This document shows positions 10,611 to 23,005 of a stretch of 64,000 nt of DNA, piece after piece (the first letter of the stretch is position 1; each line of letters begins with the position of its first letter). Below the pieces are notes generated by a model. The model was given only the letters and a program-made list of their open reading frames with translations, searched no databases and was not told where the DNA came from. Both the position numbers and the translations under genes were made by a program. This stretch comes from Podarcis vaucheri (taxonomy: Eukaryota), in the NCBI GenBank assembly GCA_965113315.1, contig OZ220373.1. One strand, written 5' to 3'.

Positions 10611-12094
10611 TACTTGATGAGGCCCATTATTTTAATACTTTACCTGCAGAACAGTAACTTGGAAATAGGCCTTTGTGTAACTTGTGACTAGAAATTGTTA
10701 CATTTTGTGCCATTTTGTTACAGTTGAAGGTACAAGGCTTTCTTAGACTATCCTTTTAGCTACAATTTTGGTTCAGTGTCCTGTGTTCAACTATATGTCA
10801 GTGATAAACATCAAGAGCACAGCAGCTTCAGTGCTCAACGTGTGTTGGTGGTCCTCCTCAACATTTTGTGAAGAAATATGTGAAATCTTGTCTGAGGGAT
10901 GAATGGCTCGGGGAAATGATATTTTGGTTTTTTAATTTTATATTCTTCATTGAAAAATAAAAAGTACAAAATTGCAAGTGCACAGAGTAAGATAAGAGAC
11001 AGAAATAAGAAGAAACAAGAAATAGTAACCAGGTAGAAAACAAACTAGAACAAATGAAAGGATACTGTGTACATTACAAAAGGGGAGAAATTGCTATTGC
11101 AGTTAACCAGACCTGAACCTAATATGGTATTTATAAATACCATAATATGGTATTTATTTCCCTTCAGGGAAATTTTATTTTGGTTGTTGTTTTTTCACTT
11201 GGTTGCAAGTTCATAATACTGTGTCTAGGCAGGGATGCAAAAACATTTGTTATTCTTGAGAGCCAGGCTGATCATCTTAAGGCATAGGTTGGCATGCCCA
11301 GAGTGACTTTTGAACATAAAAATAACATGTTTTGGGGGGTGGGGATGGAGAGCCCCGCAATACTTGGTTTGGCTTAGTGTTTCACCCTAGCCCAACCTTG
11401 TGGTTCAGCTCTCTCCAGACTAATCATGAGCTGTAGCCAAGGTTTGTCCTGTGGTTTATGACTCACAATTTGCGAAAACTAAACTGTGAACCCAGATTTA
11501 GTCCACACACTAAGCCATACTTTGATTTAGTGCAGCACATCAGTAGCACAATTGAGAAAGGAGCAAAGTGGCCACAGTGGTCTCGCTTGGAGCCTGCATG
11601 CTTAGCGATGGTTTGGTATTGCAAAAAATCTGAAAACTCCACCGACCACATAGAAAATGAAATTATTTGTGATTTGGTTTTACCTAGCAATTGATTTGGG
11701 CATTTTAAATGGCTGCTTTCTCTGGGCTTCACTTTCTTCCTGCTCTTTAGCCACAATGTGTAATGGAGGGTTCTAAAATATGATTGGCATCATCTTTGGC
11801 CTTCTTTTGATGCCAGTTAAAAACATCTTTATTGTTGTGGGGAGTAATGTTGCTGGAGATCCTTTTGACATTTGCTGCTGTATTATTTTATGTCTCTTAA
11901 TGGTAAATTATTTTGTTTAGCTATAGCTTTTTAAATGGTTACCCACTCTGGGATCACAAAAGATGAAAGGTGGAATATATATCTAAACAATACATTGCCC
12001 TGAATCCCAGAATGCATCGCCATCGAACAAAAGGAATCTTTGAAGTGTTGTCAATTAAAGACTAGAGAAAGCAGAAAAGCCTGCTCATCGAGGG

Positions 12095-13533
12095 AAAAAC
12101 CATCTTTAGATGCGGCCACGATAGCCAACTATCGCCCAGTCTCAAATCTTCCATTCTTGGGCAAGGTGATTGAGCGTGTGGTTGCTGAACAACTCCAGGC
12201 ACGCCTGGAAGAAGCGGACCATTTGGATCCCTTCCAGTCAGGATTCAGGCCTCATCATGGGACTGAAACTGCCTTGGTCGCACTGGTTGATGATCTCCGG
12301 CAGGCTAGGGACAAAGCTGAGAGCTGTTTCCTAGTTCTGCTGGATCTCTCAGCGGCGTTTGATACCATCGACCATAGCATCCTTCTGGACCGTCTTGAGG
12401 GGCTGGGAGCTGGGGGCACTGTTATACAGTGGTTCCGCTCCTTCCTCCTGGGCCGTGTTCAGAAAGTGGTGGGGGGGGATGAGTGTTCAGACCCCTGGGC
12501 TCTCACTTGTGGGGTGCCTCAGGGTTCTGTCCTCTCCCCCATGCTTTTCAACATCTACATGCAGCCGCTGGGAGAGATCATCAGGGGGTTTGGGCTGGGT
12601 GTTCATCAGTATGCAGATGATACGCAGCTCTACCTCTCTTTTAAATCAGAACCAGTGAAGGTCCTGTGTGAGTGTCTGGAGGCGGTTGGAGGATGGATGG
12701 CAGCTAACCGATTGAGGTTGAATCCTGACAAGACGGAAGTACTGTTTTTGGGGGACAGGAGGCGGGCAGGTGTGGAGGATTCCCTGGTCCTGAATGGGGT
12801 AACTGTGCCCCTGAAGGACCAGGTGCGCAGCCTGGGAGTCATTTTGGACTCACAGCTGTCCATGGAGGCACAGGTCAAATCTGTGTCCAGGGCAGCTATT
12901 TACCAGCTCCATCTGGTACGTAGGCTGAGACCCTATCTGCCTGTGGACTGTCTCGCCAGAGTGGTGCATGCTCTGGTTATCTCCCACTTGGACTACTGCA
13001 ATGCGCTCTACGTAGGGCTACCTTTGAAGGTGACTCGGAAACTACAACTAATCCAGAATGCGTCAGTTAGACTGGTGACTGGGGGCGGCCGCCGAGACCA
13101 TATAACACCGGTCTTGAAAGACCTACATTGGCTCCCAGTACGTTTCCGAGCACAATTCAAAGTGTTGGTGCTGACCTTTAAAGCCCTAAACGGCCTCGGT
13201 CCAGTATACCTGAAGGAGCGTCTCCACCCCCATCGTTCTGCCCGGACGCTGAGGTCCAGCGCTGAGGGCCTTCTGGCGGTTCCCTCATTGTGAGAAGCAA
13301 AGCTACAGGGAACCAGGCAGAGGGCCTTCTCGGTAGTGGCGCCCGCCCTGTGGAACGCCCTTCCAGCAGATGTCAAAGCGGTAAACAACTACCTGACATT
13401 CAGAAGACATCTTAAGGCAGCCCTGTTCAGGGAAGTTTTTAACGTGTGATATTTTACTGTATTTTTGGTTTCTATGGAAGCTGCCCAGAGTGGCTGGGGA
13501 GGCCCAGCCAGATGGGTGGGATATAAATAATAA

Positions 13534-13581
<48 letters not shown>
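12095..13581 (+). mobile_element. 5'-truncated young L2-clade LINE with reverse transcriptase domain
   Basis: ORF motifs NYRPVSNLPFLGK, QSGFR, LDLSAAFDT, GVPQGSVLSP, YADDTQLY, LNPDKTE, LDYCN and LHWLPV (L2 signatures). One premature TGA at 13291-13293; the frame continues to a stop at 13447-13449, then 3' UTR and (ATT)n tail. Confidence 0.93.
13534..13581. repeat. (ATT)n tail microsatellite of the L2 copy
   Basis: Directly visible. Confidence 0.95.
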
Positions 13582-13583
<2 letters not shown>

Positions 13584-14632
13584 AGCAAAGTATTAGCATA
13601 CTTCATATGTCAACCCCCTGAGCAGTTTCTTTCCAAACTGAATGATTTGAGTCTCTTCCACTGCGGCTAATAAGAATTTCTAACCCTTGTGTACTGTTAG
13701 CTCTCCTTTGTCTTTTTCCTTGGCTCTGGAAAGGTGCCCGCTATTCTGCAATAAAAGTACAAATTGAGCGGTACAGAAGTGCAGAGTTGAGAATAAGAGC
13801 TTTAAGAGCTCTTCCCTCAGGACATAAAAAAATACTTTTATGAGTAGTCTTTAGGGAAAGGCCACACACTAAATGGATATGGAAATTAAATTTCCATTAT
13901 ATCCTAAAAGTGAAGGCTGACTATAGTGCTCTCATCGCTGAGTGAAAATGAGTATCATGGTGACAAGATCTTTATCTGGGCTTCAAAGGAATCTCTTTGC
14001 GAATGCCATTATGGAACTGAATAGGCAATTATGAGGGGAAGGGAATGTTCCAAACAGTGCTTTTTAAAATGGGTACTAATTTGTGAATAAAGTGATAACC
14101 CATCTCGCCAAATATGACAGCAAGTAGTATCTTTGTTAAAATAGCGGGGTCATGTGCTGAATTTGAAGTTGGTTGCATTTGGTATCCAAGTAGCTTTCCT
14201 TGAATGCGGCTGCTAGGGCCAGGTGCGTTCCACAGTAATGTGGTTGGACCATGAAAGCACAGAAGGGGTGTCTGGCACTCTTGGAATCAGTCCTTTAACA
14301 AAACCAAACAAAAACTTGAAAGGTGTGGTCAGGACCTGATGAATCAGAAGGAAGGAGGGCCGAACAGGCTGTCCATTCATTGCTCAAGAGAGTGTAGCCA
14401 GTGGGCAAATGCAAAAAGGGCACAATTTGTTTAAATGAGTTGAGATGTATGTTCTTAAGGCATGTGGTACACACATAGACCCGATCTTCCATTTTGACTT
14501 GATTCCGTAAATTGACTTTGTTCCCATTCCCAGTTGATTGAGCAAGGTAGGGGTTGATTAACATCCTTTACTGCATGGGCGTAACCAGGATTTGGGGGGG
14601 GGGCAGAACCAACGTGAATGGTTAGTTAAGTA

Positions 14633-14858
14633 CAGTGGTACCTCGGGTTACATACGCTTCAGGTTACAGACTCCCCTAACTTAGAAATAGTGCTTCAGGT
14701 TAAGAACTTTGCTTCAGGATGAGAACAGAAATCGTGCTCCGGCTGCGCGGCGGCAGCAGGATGCCCCATTAGCTAAAATAGTGCTTCAAGTTAAGAACAG
14801 TTTCAGGTTAAGAACGGACCTCCTGAACGAATTAAGCATTTAACCCGAGGTACTACTG
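14633..14858 (+). mobile_element. Tigger/pogo-type MITE, family A
   Basis: TA|cagtggtacctcgggtta...taacccgaggtactactg|TA. Confidence 0.9.
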
Positions 14859-14860
14859 TA

Positions 14861-15099
14861 CAGACGTACCTCAGAAGTTGAACAGAATCCGTTCCGGAAG
14901 TCCATTCGTCTTCTGAAAAGTTCGGAAACCAAGGCGCAGCTTCCAATTGCGCAGGCGTGCCGGAAACAATAGCGGAAGCCGTGTCGGACATTTGGCTTCC
15001 AAAAAAAGTTCGGAAACCGGAACACTCACTTCCCGTTTCCAATTGTTTGGGAGCCGAAATGTTCGACTTCCAAGGCGTTCGGGAGCCGAGCTACGATTA
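14861..15099 (+). mobile_element. Tigger/pogo-type MITE, family B
   Basis: Starts TA|cagacgtacctcagaagttgaac with a degenerate right TIR gagctacgatta. Homologous to 36099-36328. Confidence 0.8.
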
Positions 15100-15232
15100 T
15101 TACTATTGTTTATTTGACTGCATCTTTTATGGATTTCGTTCTTCCTGCTGACACAATGTGAGAGTGCCAGTCAAGATGTCAAAATGAAAACAAACATTAA
15201 AGGAACATAGATTGAAATAGGCTTTTAACATA

Positions 15233-15401
15233 CCGTATTTTTTGCACCATAACACTCACTTTTTTCCTCCTAAAAAGTAAGGGGAAATGTCTGTGCGTGT
15301 TATGGAGGGAATGCCTACGGGTGGCATGCCTACGGATTTTCCTCCTCTAAAAACTATGTGCGTGTTATGGTCGGGTGCGTGTTATAGAGCGAAAAATACA
15401 G
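15233..15401. mobile_element. TcMar (Tc2/pogo-like) MITE
   Basis: TA|ccgtatttttt...gaaaaatacag|TA, with internal direct repeats (tgcgtgttatgg, atgcctacgg). Confidence 0.8.
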
Positions 15402-15580
15402 TATTTTCATTAAACACCGTCGTCTGCATTTCTATGATGTGCTAAAACCATAGTTTAGTGCTACAGGAATGGACCTGGTTGAGCCTCTGGCTTGTACACT
15501 CCTTTTTCCAGTGTAGCGGGCAGGAGGAAGTCAGGAGGCCAGAATGATAATAATTTACCAAAAGGTTTAATCGCAACATA

Positions 15581-15833
15581 CTCGGTCCCTGCTCCTGCCA
15601 ACCTAGCAGTCTGAAAGCACGTCAAAGTGCAAGTAGATAAATAGGTACCGTTCTGGTGGGAAGATAAACAGTGTTTCCATGTGCTGCTCTGGTTCGCCAG
15701 AAGCGGCTTAGTCATGCTGGCCACATGACCCAGAAGCTGTACGCTGGCTCCCTCGGCCAATAAAGAGAGATGAGCGCCGCAACCCCAGAGTCAGCCACGA
15801 CTGGACCTAATGGTCAAGGGTCCCTTTACCTTT
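15581..15833 (+). mobile_element. Sauria SINE, 5'-truncated
   Basis: ctcggtccctgctcctgccaacctagcag...gtcatgctggccacatgacc...gggtccctttaccttt tail. Confidence 0.9.
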
Positions 15834-16381
15834 TTATAGAATATTACTGTGCAAATTAATATGGAGCTGTTATGTGAATAGCAGTATTTTTTTTCATTCC
15901 CACCATTTCTGACTTTGAAATATTTTTGGTTACCACTTGTACATACATTGATAATACATTCCCCACTATTACATGGCTCTCCCCTCTTTAATAATCAGTA
16001 TCAATAACTCAGTTTCAGGAGCCTGAAAATGACTTTTTAATGGAAAAGCCAGATCTGCCTGTACTTCAAATATTTGAACTATTCTTGCTTCTTCATATAT
16101 GTATTTAATTTATTAGGTTTGACCTGAATGAATAAATCTTGTTCGGAAGACGGCCTAGCAAGCAAACAACCCAGCGGTTAGTAAATGCTGTTCTTGGATT
16201 CTCCCCTATTCTCTATTTACTCTCTGTCCAAGCCAAGATTTTAAAACCCAGCGTTTATTAATATGTGTGGTTCAGAAAGGCAGAACATGCAGGGCTTAGC
16301 CAAATGAGGGTTCTGCCAAAGCTAGTTGTTCAAGAAAAGAGAATATTCTTCTGATTTTAGTTTTAAATAAAGATGATTCTG

Positions 16382-17243
16382 TTGTTTTTTTTAATATTTT
16401 TTATTGGTTTTACAAAAAAAAAATTATAGACAATACAAACAAATAAAGAAACAAACATGTATAATTTCATATCCTTTTTTTCATAAACCTCACTTCTCCG
16501 ACTCCCCCAAACCTCCCCTTTCTACATCCCAATTTCCAAACTTATTTCAGCAAATCCTAATCTTATTTTTGTCAAATTTGTCCCTATTATTCTTTTCTTT
16601 TACTTAATCTTATGTCGCTGTAATCTCCTTTTTTTCCCTAAAAACTTCAACATTTTAGCATTCATCAATTTTATAATATTTCTTGAGATAAATCTTAAAT
16701 TTTTTCCAATCTTCATCCGCCGTCTCTTTCCCCTGATCACGGATTCTGCCGGTCATTTCAGCCAATGCCATATAGTCTATCACCTTCATCTGCCATTCTT
16801 TCAGAGTGGGTAGATCTTGAGTCTCCCAATGCTTTGTGATGAGTATTCTTGCTGCTGTAGTAGCATACATAAAAAAAGTTCTATCTTTCTTTGGCACCAA
16901 TTGGCCGACAATGCCCAAGAGAAAGGCCTCTGGTTTCTTATGGAAAGTACATTTAAGTACCTTTTTCATTTCATTATATATCATTTCCCAGAAAGCCTTA
17001 ATCTTCGGGCACGTCCACCAAAGGTGAAAAAAAGTACCTTCAGTCTCTTTACACTTCCAACACTTATTATCAGGCAAATAGTAGATTTTTGCTAGCTTGA
17101 CTGGGGTCATGTACCACCTGTAGATCATTTTCATAATATTTTCTTCTAAGGCATTACATGCCGTAAATTTTAAACTGGTGGTCCATAACTGTTCCCAGTC
17201 AGCAAACATAATGTTATGAACAATATCCTGTGCCCACTTAATC
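16382..17243 (-). mobile_element. 5'-truncated L1-clade LINE (ORF2 C-terminus, 3' UTR, A-rich tail) with 18-bp TSD
   Basis: ORF 16655-17209 with CCHC-type motif CWKC...FHLWWTCPKIKAFW. TSD taaataaagatgattctg at 16364-16381 and 17244-17261. Confidence 0.92.
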
Positions 17244-17645
17244 TAAATAAAGATGATTCTGACTTGGAAAGGCTGTTTTGCAATAAATTTGAAACAGAAA
17301 TGTGCAGCTATCCATTTAAAAAGAAAAAATCAAATGAAACAGGACAGATGGGGAAATTGGCTAGAAATCTTGAGTTGTTGAAGTTCGGGTCAGTTTTCCT
17401 TGGCGTTCCTTTGACTGGTATGAGGTGTTCATTCAGCAAAATAGTTCAGCTCGCCACTGCTCAACAACAACATAACCAACTCTTCCTTTGCTGCCATCAG
17501 CTGACTTCCCCCCACCCCATGCCTTTCCCCAACGTTTTTTGTCATACCCTTCTCCCTAAAGTCATATTTTCTAGATCATGGCCTGTGTTGTTATCCTCAA
17601 CCCTATCTGGCGACTGAATTGCTGTTGCTCCACATATGCCATTGC

Positions 17646-17993
17646 AAGGTAAAGGTAAAGGGACCCCTGACCATTAGGTCCAGTCGTGGCCGACTCTGGG
17701 GTTGCGGTGCTCATCTCGCTTTATTGGCTGAGGGAGCCGGTGTACAGCTTCCAGGTCATGTGGCCAGCATGACTAAGCCACTTCTGGCAAACCAGAGCAG
17801 CGCACGGAAACGCTGTTTACCTTCCCGCTGGAGCAGTACCTACTTATCTACTTGCACTTTGAGGTGCTTTTGAACTGCTAGGTTGGCAGGAGCAGGGACC
17901 GAGCAACAGGAGCTCACCCCGTTGCGGGAATTCGAACTGCCGACCTTCTGATCAGCAAGTCCTAGGTTTAACCCACAGCACCACCCGCATCCC
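17646..17993 (-). mobile_element. Sauria SINE, near full length
   Basis: (aaggta)n tail on the left and 5' head ...ttaacccacagcaccacccgcatccc on the right. Degenerate TSD atatgYcattgYa. Confidence 0.92.
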
Positions 17994-18086
17994 TATATGT
18001 CATTGTAGTAGCATGCAAAACAGTGCTCACAGCTGTGTGTTCTGACCATGTGATACAAGCACTGAAACTAAGGATTCAGTTCACTT

Positions 18087-18142
18087 TCTTCTTCTTCTTC
18101 TTCTTCTTCTTCTTCTTCTTCTTCTTCTTCTTCTTCTTCTTC
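18087..18142. repeat. (TTC)n microsatellite
   Basis: Directly visible. Confidence 0.95.
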
Positions 18143-18211
18143 AAAAAGTTAATTTTGTATGTGCACTAGAAAGGAAGATAAGAAGCAAACCATACACCAC
18201 TGCCCCCAAGT

Positions 18212-18474
18212 GGGAGCCGGCGTAGAGCTTCTGGGTCATGTGGCCAGCATGACTGCTTCTGGCGAACCAAAGCAGCGCACGGAAACGGTGTTTACCTTCC
18301 TGACGGAGCGGTACCTGTTTATCTACTTGCACTTTGACGTGCAAGTCCTGCTAGGTTGGCAGGAGCAGGGACCGAGCAACGGGAGCTCACTCCGTCACAG
18401 GGATTCGAACCGCTGACCTTCTGATTGGCAAGCCCTAGGCTCTGTGGTTTAACCCACAGCGCCACCCGTGTCCC
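18212..18474 (-). mobile_element. Sauria SINE lacking its 3' tail
   Basis: Homologous to 17730-17993. Confidence 0.9.
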
Positions 18475-20733
18475 TTTCCTCAAAACATACAAACAATTAT
18501 CTCATGCAACAAAATAACTAATTCTTTGGGGGGGTGCACATATGAGATTTGTATTTTGTTGTTGTACACCACCCTGATATGTTATCATGTGACTGTATAG
18601 AAATATTTTTATCAATTAACCCCCCCCCCTTTATAAAAATAGATTCCTTTAAAACTGAAGAAAGACAGGGAAGAAATGGAAGAAATAAATATTGGCTTGA
18701 TGTAATATATATTTAAGTGGCTTTTAGCAATGGTTTTCGATTACACAAATACAATTAAAGTCATTTACCAAAATCATTAGAAGCCAACACTAAAAATTGC
18801 AGTATTTTTATCTGTTCTCTGCCATTATGCAAAATAAGCCCAGGAAAAGATACTGCATATTTTATAAGCTCTGGTTTTGAAAAAGAAATAATTTGCATTT
18901 AAATTATTTAAAAGTAGTCTATTTTGAAAATAAATGGGTGGGTTTTGTTTCACTGATAAGCCAGAAAAAAAATTTCCCCCATCTTTTCAGTAGTGCAAGA
19001 TCACAAGAATGATGAGGATTTTAAAAGGAAGAAAGTATGGATAATTGTATATTCTCCCCAAAGGGGGGATCAGGACTTTCAACAGGAAAATAACAGGGCA
19101 GGTGCAAGATGGAAGTGGTTTACCTCTCGATCCACAGTCAGTTGTTAAGCTATTGGCGCAAGAACCAAACATGACTTCTGCATAAATCAACGGAAGTGGT
19201 GATTATTCTTTGTAGCCCAAGCTACGAAAGGGTGAAAGCTGCAACTCTAAGCTGACCAAGCTGCAAGCTTCATTGTACACAGTGGGACTGAATTCTGGGC
19301 AAATGAGCCCAGGATTGTGTGGCCGGAAGCTCTTTTGCCCTGCGCCAGTCTTGTCCTTTCAAAAATCTCTTTGAACAACTGCTGAATGACATGCATTGAG
19401 GATTCCCCGGTTGGATAAGCCAATAGTCTTCCATCCTGCTTGAGGAATTGCTTTAGATCACTGTACTGGCTCAGGTTCTGCAAGGATCGATGAGCTATGG
19501 GTATTTAGCCAAGGTAGCGCCATTCTGAGGTTTTCATACAGGACGAAACATTTCATTTTCCTTTCCAGGCACAAATGCATTGTTTTATTTGTTTAGGCCA
19601 TTTCTACACCATGTCTCTCAGCAGTGTACATAAAATTAGAACAGCAGCAAATATCACAAAAATAGACAATAAATCCATTAATACAAATTACTAATAAATG
19701 TATACATATAGTATTTCCTTCTCCGTCTAACATACGTCCCACAAAAAAAAAAACTTATCCAGAGGTTTTTCTTCTCTGCAGCAGAGTTTGAGGACTGAAA
19801 GGGAAAGAAAAGGAAAATTTGGTTCTATTAGCCCGTGTGTCTTGCACTAGCAGAATGGGAGTGTTGGTTGCAGCCCATTACTTGGAAGTTTGTCCCAATG
19901 AAACTCATGCTTCCAAGTTATATATTTAAGTTTGCAATGCAAGGCAATGAATAATAATAATAATAAATGAGTAGGGTCACAGGCAGTGGGGGAGAAAATC
20001 CAGACAAATAGTTGCTGCGCATGAAGACACAGTAATAGTTTCTTTAGCTTGGCTGTGCTTGAAAATTCAACTGGAATGAGACATTTGCCTTTTGCGAATG
20101 ACGATTTTATGTCTGTATCAGCATGGGGAAGATAGCCTTCCTGCTAATGTGTTTGACACCTCTGCTTTATATAATTTCTAAAGAGCTGAAGTATCTATTA
20201 GCTACTGCATGCTTATATTCCAGCTTGACCTCAATGTGTCAAAACACAAACAATACCATTTCATGGTTTATAAAAGCAGTTTGTTATTTGTCCCTTACAC
20301 ACCAGGCTAGCCACAACTGATAGCATACTCCATTTGCCAGTATTTAAGCCATTGGTGTGATGCTATTACCAGGAAATGTTTAATCTCTTTTAATCGCTCT
20401 AATTCCTTTGTTGTGATTGTGATTATATAGGAAGTAAACATTGGACCTTTGAGAAAGCTGGTCTCCTCACAGCTTTATTTCATACTGCCTTCAGTTCAGG
20501 GACATAATAGTGGAGAACAAGGCCATTCTGTTGCTGGCGGTGAATAGGTGATGCAGTTTAAAGATGGCAAATTTGGGAAAACTTCTGTCCAAAGTTCACT
20601 GCTCCTGAGTAATCATACAGAGAAGACAGGTGACAATGGCTGCTACTGCTTGGGGTGAGTGGTAGGCTCTCGCATAGCCATTAAGCCTACAGTGTTGCCA
20701 CCATAGGGAGTCGTTCAACGACCAATGGCCTCT

Positions 20734-20855
20734 GCATGAGACTCTTAAATCTCAGGGTTGTGGGTTTAAGCCCCACGTTGAGCAAAAGATTCCTGCATTG
20801 CAGGAGGTTGGAACAGACGACCCGTGTGGTCCACTTCCAACTCTACAATTCTGAT
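20734..20855 (+). mobile_element. SINE with tRNA-Lys(CTT)-derived head and CR1-type tail, 5'-truncated
   Basis: gcatgagactcttaaatctcagggttgtgggtttaagccccacgttg (tRNA-Lys-like) followed by cctgcattgcaggaggttgg...cttccaactctacaattct. Confidence 0.8.
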
Positions 20856-22146
20856 ATTTCAGGTAACAGAACCAACCATTTCCTAGAATGCCTTTTGTTT
20901 TGCCACTGCCTCCATCCCATCAACTTCACATTTGTTTCATTTGGGGGGGGGGTTGTTGTTGTTGTTAGTATCAGTTTGATTAATGTAGACCTGTGCTTGG
21001 TTTAATACACCAGCAGTAGCCGAGAGTCAGTGAGCTATGGTCCCTTGCCCCAACTTTGCTTGTTCCTCATGGCAAAGCCATGGGCAACATGCAGACGTCA
21101 AGCTCTGATGGGTTATTGTGGCAGCGACACAGGACCGAGTGTGAGAAGAATGGAAAATAAAGAGTTGCGATTGGGTGCTTATTCACTATGTGAATAGGTG
21201 CCACCATCCATATACTCCTCCATTCTGTATGCCTTTGTCAGTTCTCCACTCTCTTAAAAATACTCCACATGGGCTATTGGAGATTCACCTGCAACGCTCC
21301 CACTGCTCACTTCTTACTGATTGTGCTGATATTGCTGCACCAGTGATAGGTAAGTACTGGTGGCACTGCCAGTTCAGTAGCACGGGTTTCTTCTGGTGGT
21401 GTATCTTTGTCTTCTTATTCCTATCCAGTGTGCGTAACGCGGATTAGTATCACTGAACCAGCCCCGCTGTTTGTTGTTGTTCTGTGGTTTTAAAGTGTGA
21501 AACCATAAGAGGGATTTGGAGCGGGTTAGAAATAATTTGTTGTTGTTTTTTTAAATGAAATGAAAATAGAGTCCGAGGCAATTCCCTCTGCACCCTCCAG
21601 GACCACTTCTTATGGGTGTCTTGGAGATTCACCAGAGCAGCTTTTCGGGTGGAACAATCGGCTATGGGGTGGAGAAGCTATTGGCAAAGCTCTCCTGCTT
21701 CTCTTCAGCCAGCATATGGAAGTGTCTCACTCCAAACAAACTACAAGCTGTAATGTGGTTTGTGCTTATTGCTCGTGGTTTGTCTGGGAATGCAAAAACA
21801 CGAGTCCAGATTCAGGTGATATAGTAAGCCAAACTATGTCTCAGCTCAGTGCAGTAGGAAAAGTGGCCATAATCTATCCAGAAGCCCACATTTCCTCACA
21901 CTTACTAAACTAAGTTTTGGCTTAGTTTTGGCTTAGCAAACCAGACTTAATATGCCACTTTTAAACCTGAAAGCTTTTTTTCTGCAGTTTTGGTTTGAAA
22001 GTTGGAGGAAGCATGGAGGAAACTCAGGTTCATGATCTGTGACTGCCCATTTATATATATGATGGATTTATCAGCACTGTGGTCACTGTTGCCTTTAATC
22101 TCACAGCAGATTGTGGGCACCATTTAAATTCAGAACCCTCTCCCTA

Positions 22147-22488
22147 TTTGATTTTGTGACACGTGGCTCTGTATGTCTACGATGTACAAGGTGACAGCAC
22201 CTCACATAGGGGATGGCAGCTGACCTCTCCAACATGTCTCACCATATCTGGAATTCTGGGGCTATAACGATAAATCGCCTCATCAATACAAAGGAATGCC
22301 TAAATACCAGTAACGGAATATTAATGTTGCCTTGCTGAAACTATACAGCGAACTACAATGTTACGAGTGCTGGGTTTTTTTATTTATTTATAGAGCATGC
22401 AGTTTGCTAATGCATTGCAGTCATTGGCGACTGTTTGATATTTCTTTATCTCTGCTCTCACAAAATAACTACGTGTCACAAAATCAAG
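22147..22488. mobile_element. Possible old MITE defined by terminal inverted repeats
   Basis: ctatttgattttgtgacacgtgg (22144-22166) is a 21/23 inverted match to ctacgtgtcacaaaatcaagtag (22469-22491), with TA at both outer edges. Confidence 0.45.
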
Positions 22489-22493
22489 TAGAT

Positions 22494-22514
22494 GTCACCT
22501 AGCAACAGGAAGTG
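22494..22514. promoter_or_regulatory. Adjacent RFX X-box and ETS motifs (candidate upstream enhancer)
   Basis: GTCACCTAGCAAC immediately followed by AGGAAGTG. Motif match only. Confidence 0.35.
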
Positions 22515-22876
22515 CAGTGCAGGAGCCAAGAAAAGTTCCAGGTTGGGCAGAAAGAAACAGCAAGCGGGGCATCAAGGAGGAGGCATGCATGCGTAAACTG
22601 GGTGTCTTAAGAGAATAAAGGCCTCGCAATCCAACAACACCGATGAAAACAACACCGTGGTGAGTATACAGGAAACTTTTAACAAGTGATGGGTGAGCTT
22701 TCCCAGGCTTGCTTAAAATTAGGACTTGGTTTAGACCGAGCCCAAATTAGCTCATTTTAAGAGCAAGTCCATTTGGAACTCTCTTAAGCCACCCCCTTCT
22801 CATCCTCTCCACAAACCTATGCTACTGACAATGAAAAATGAAGATTTGCAGTAGCAGCAGTGACTAAGACCTAGGA

Positions 22877-23005
22877 CAGGTATGAGAAACCTGTCGCCCT
22901 CCAGATATTGTTGGATTCCAACCATCAGCCCCAAGCCAATGTTTCTGGGGTGATAGAATTTGTAATCCAACAGCATTGGGAGAGCTGCAGGTTCCCCCAT
23001 CCCTT
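22877..23005. mobile_element. Palindromic hAT-type MITE
   Basis: caggtatgagaaacctgtcgccctccagatattgttgga...tccaacagcattgggagagctgcaggttcccccatccct. Confidence 0.6.

Noticed and set aside
12040-13293. 417-aa ORF as a host or domesticated gene
   Set aside because: It is a 5'-truncated L2 RT. The first ~18 codons are flanking DNA, the start is not an ATG, and the stop is premature.
16655-17209. 184-aa ORF as an independent gene
   Set aside because: It is the C-terminal fragment of L1-clade ORF2 inside a TSD-bounded insertion.
18990-19545. Possible exon of an unannotated intergenic gene (ORF 19247-19483, minus strand)
   Set aside because: There is an in-frame stop just upstream, no recognisable domain in the frames I examined, and no convincing splice pair.
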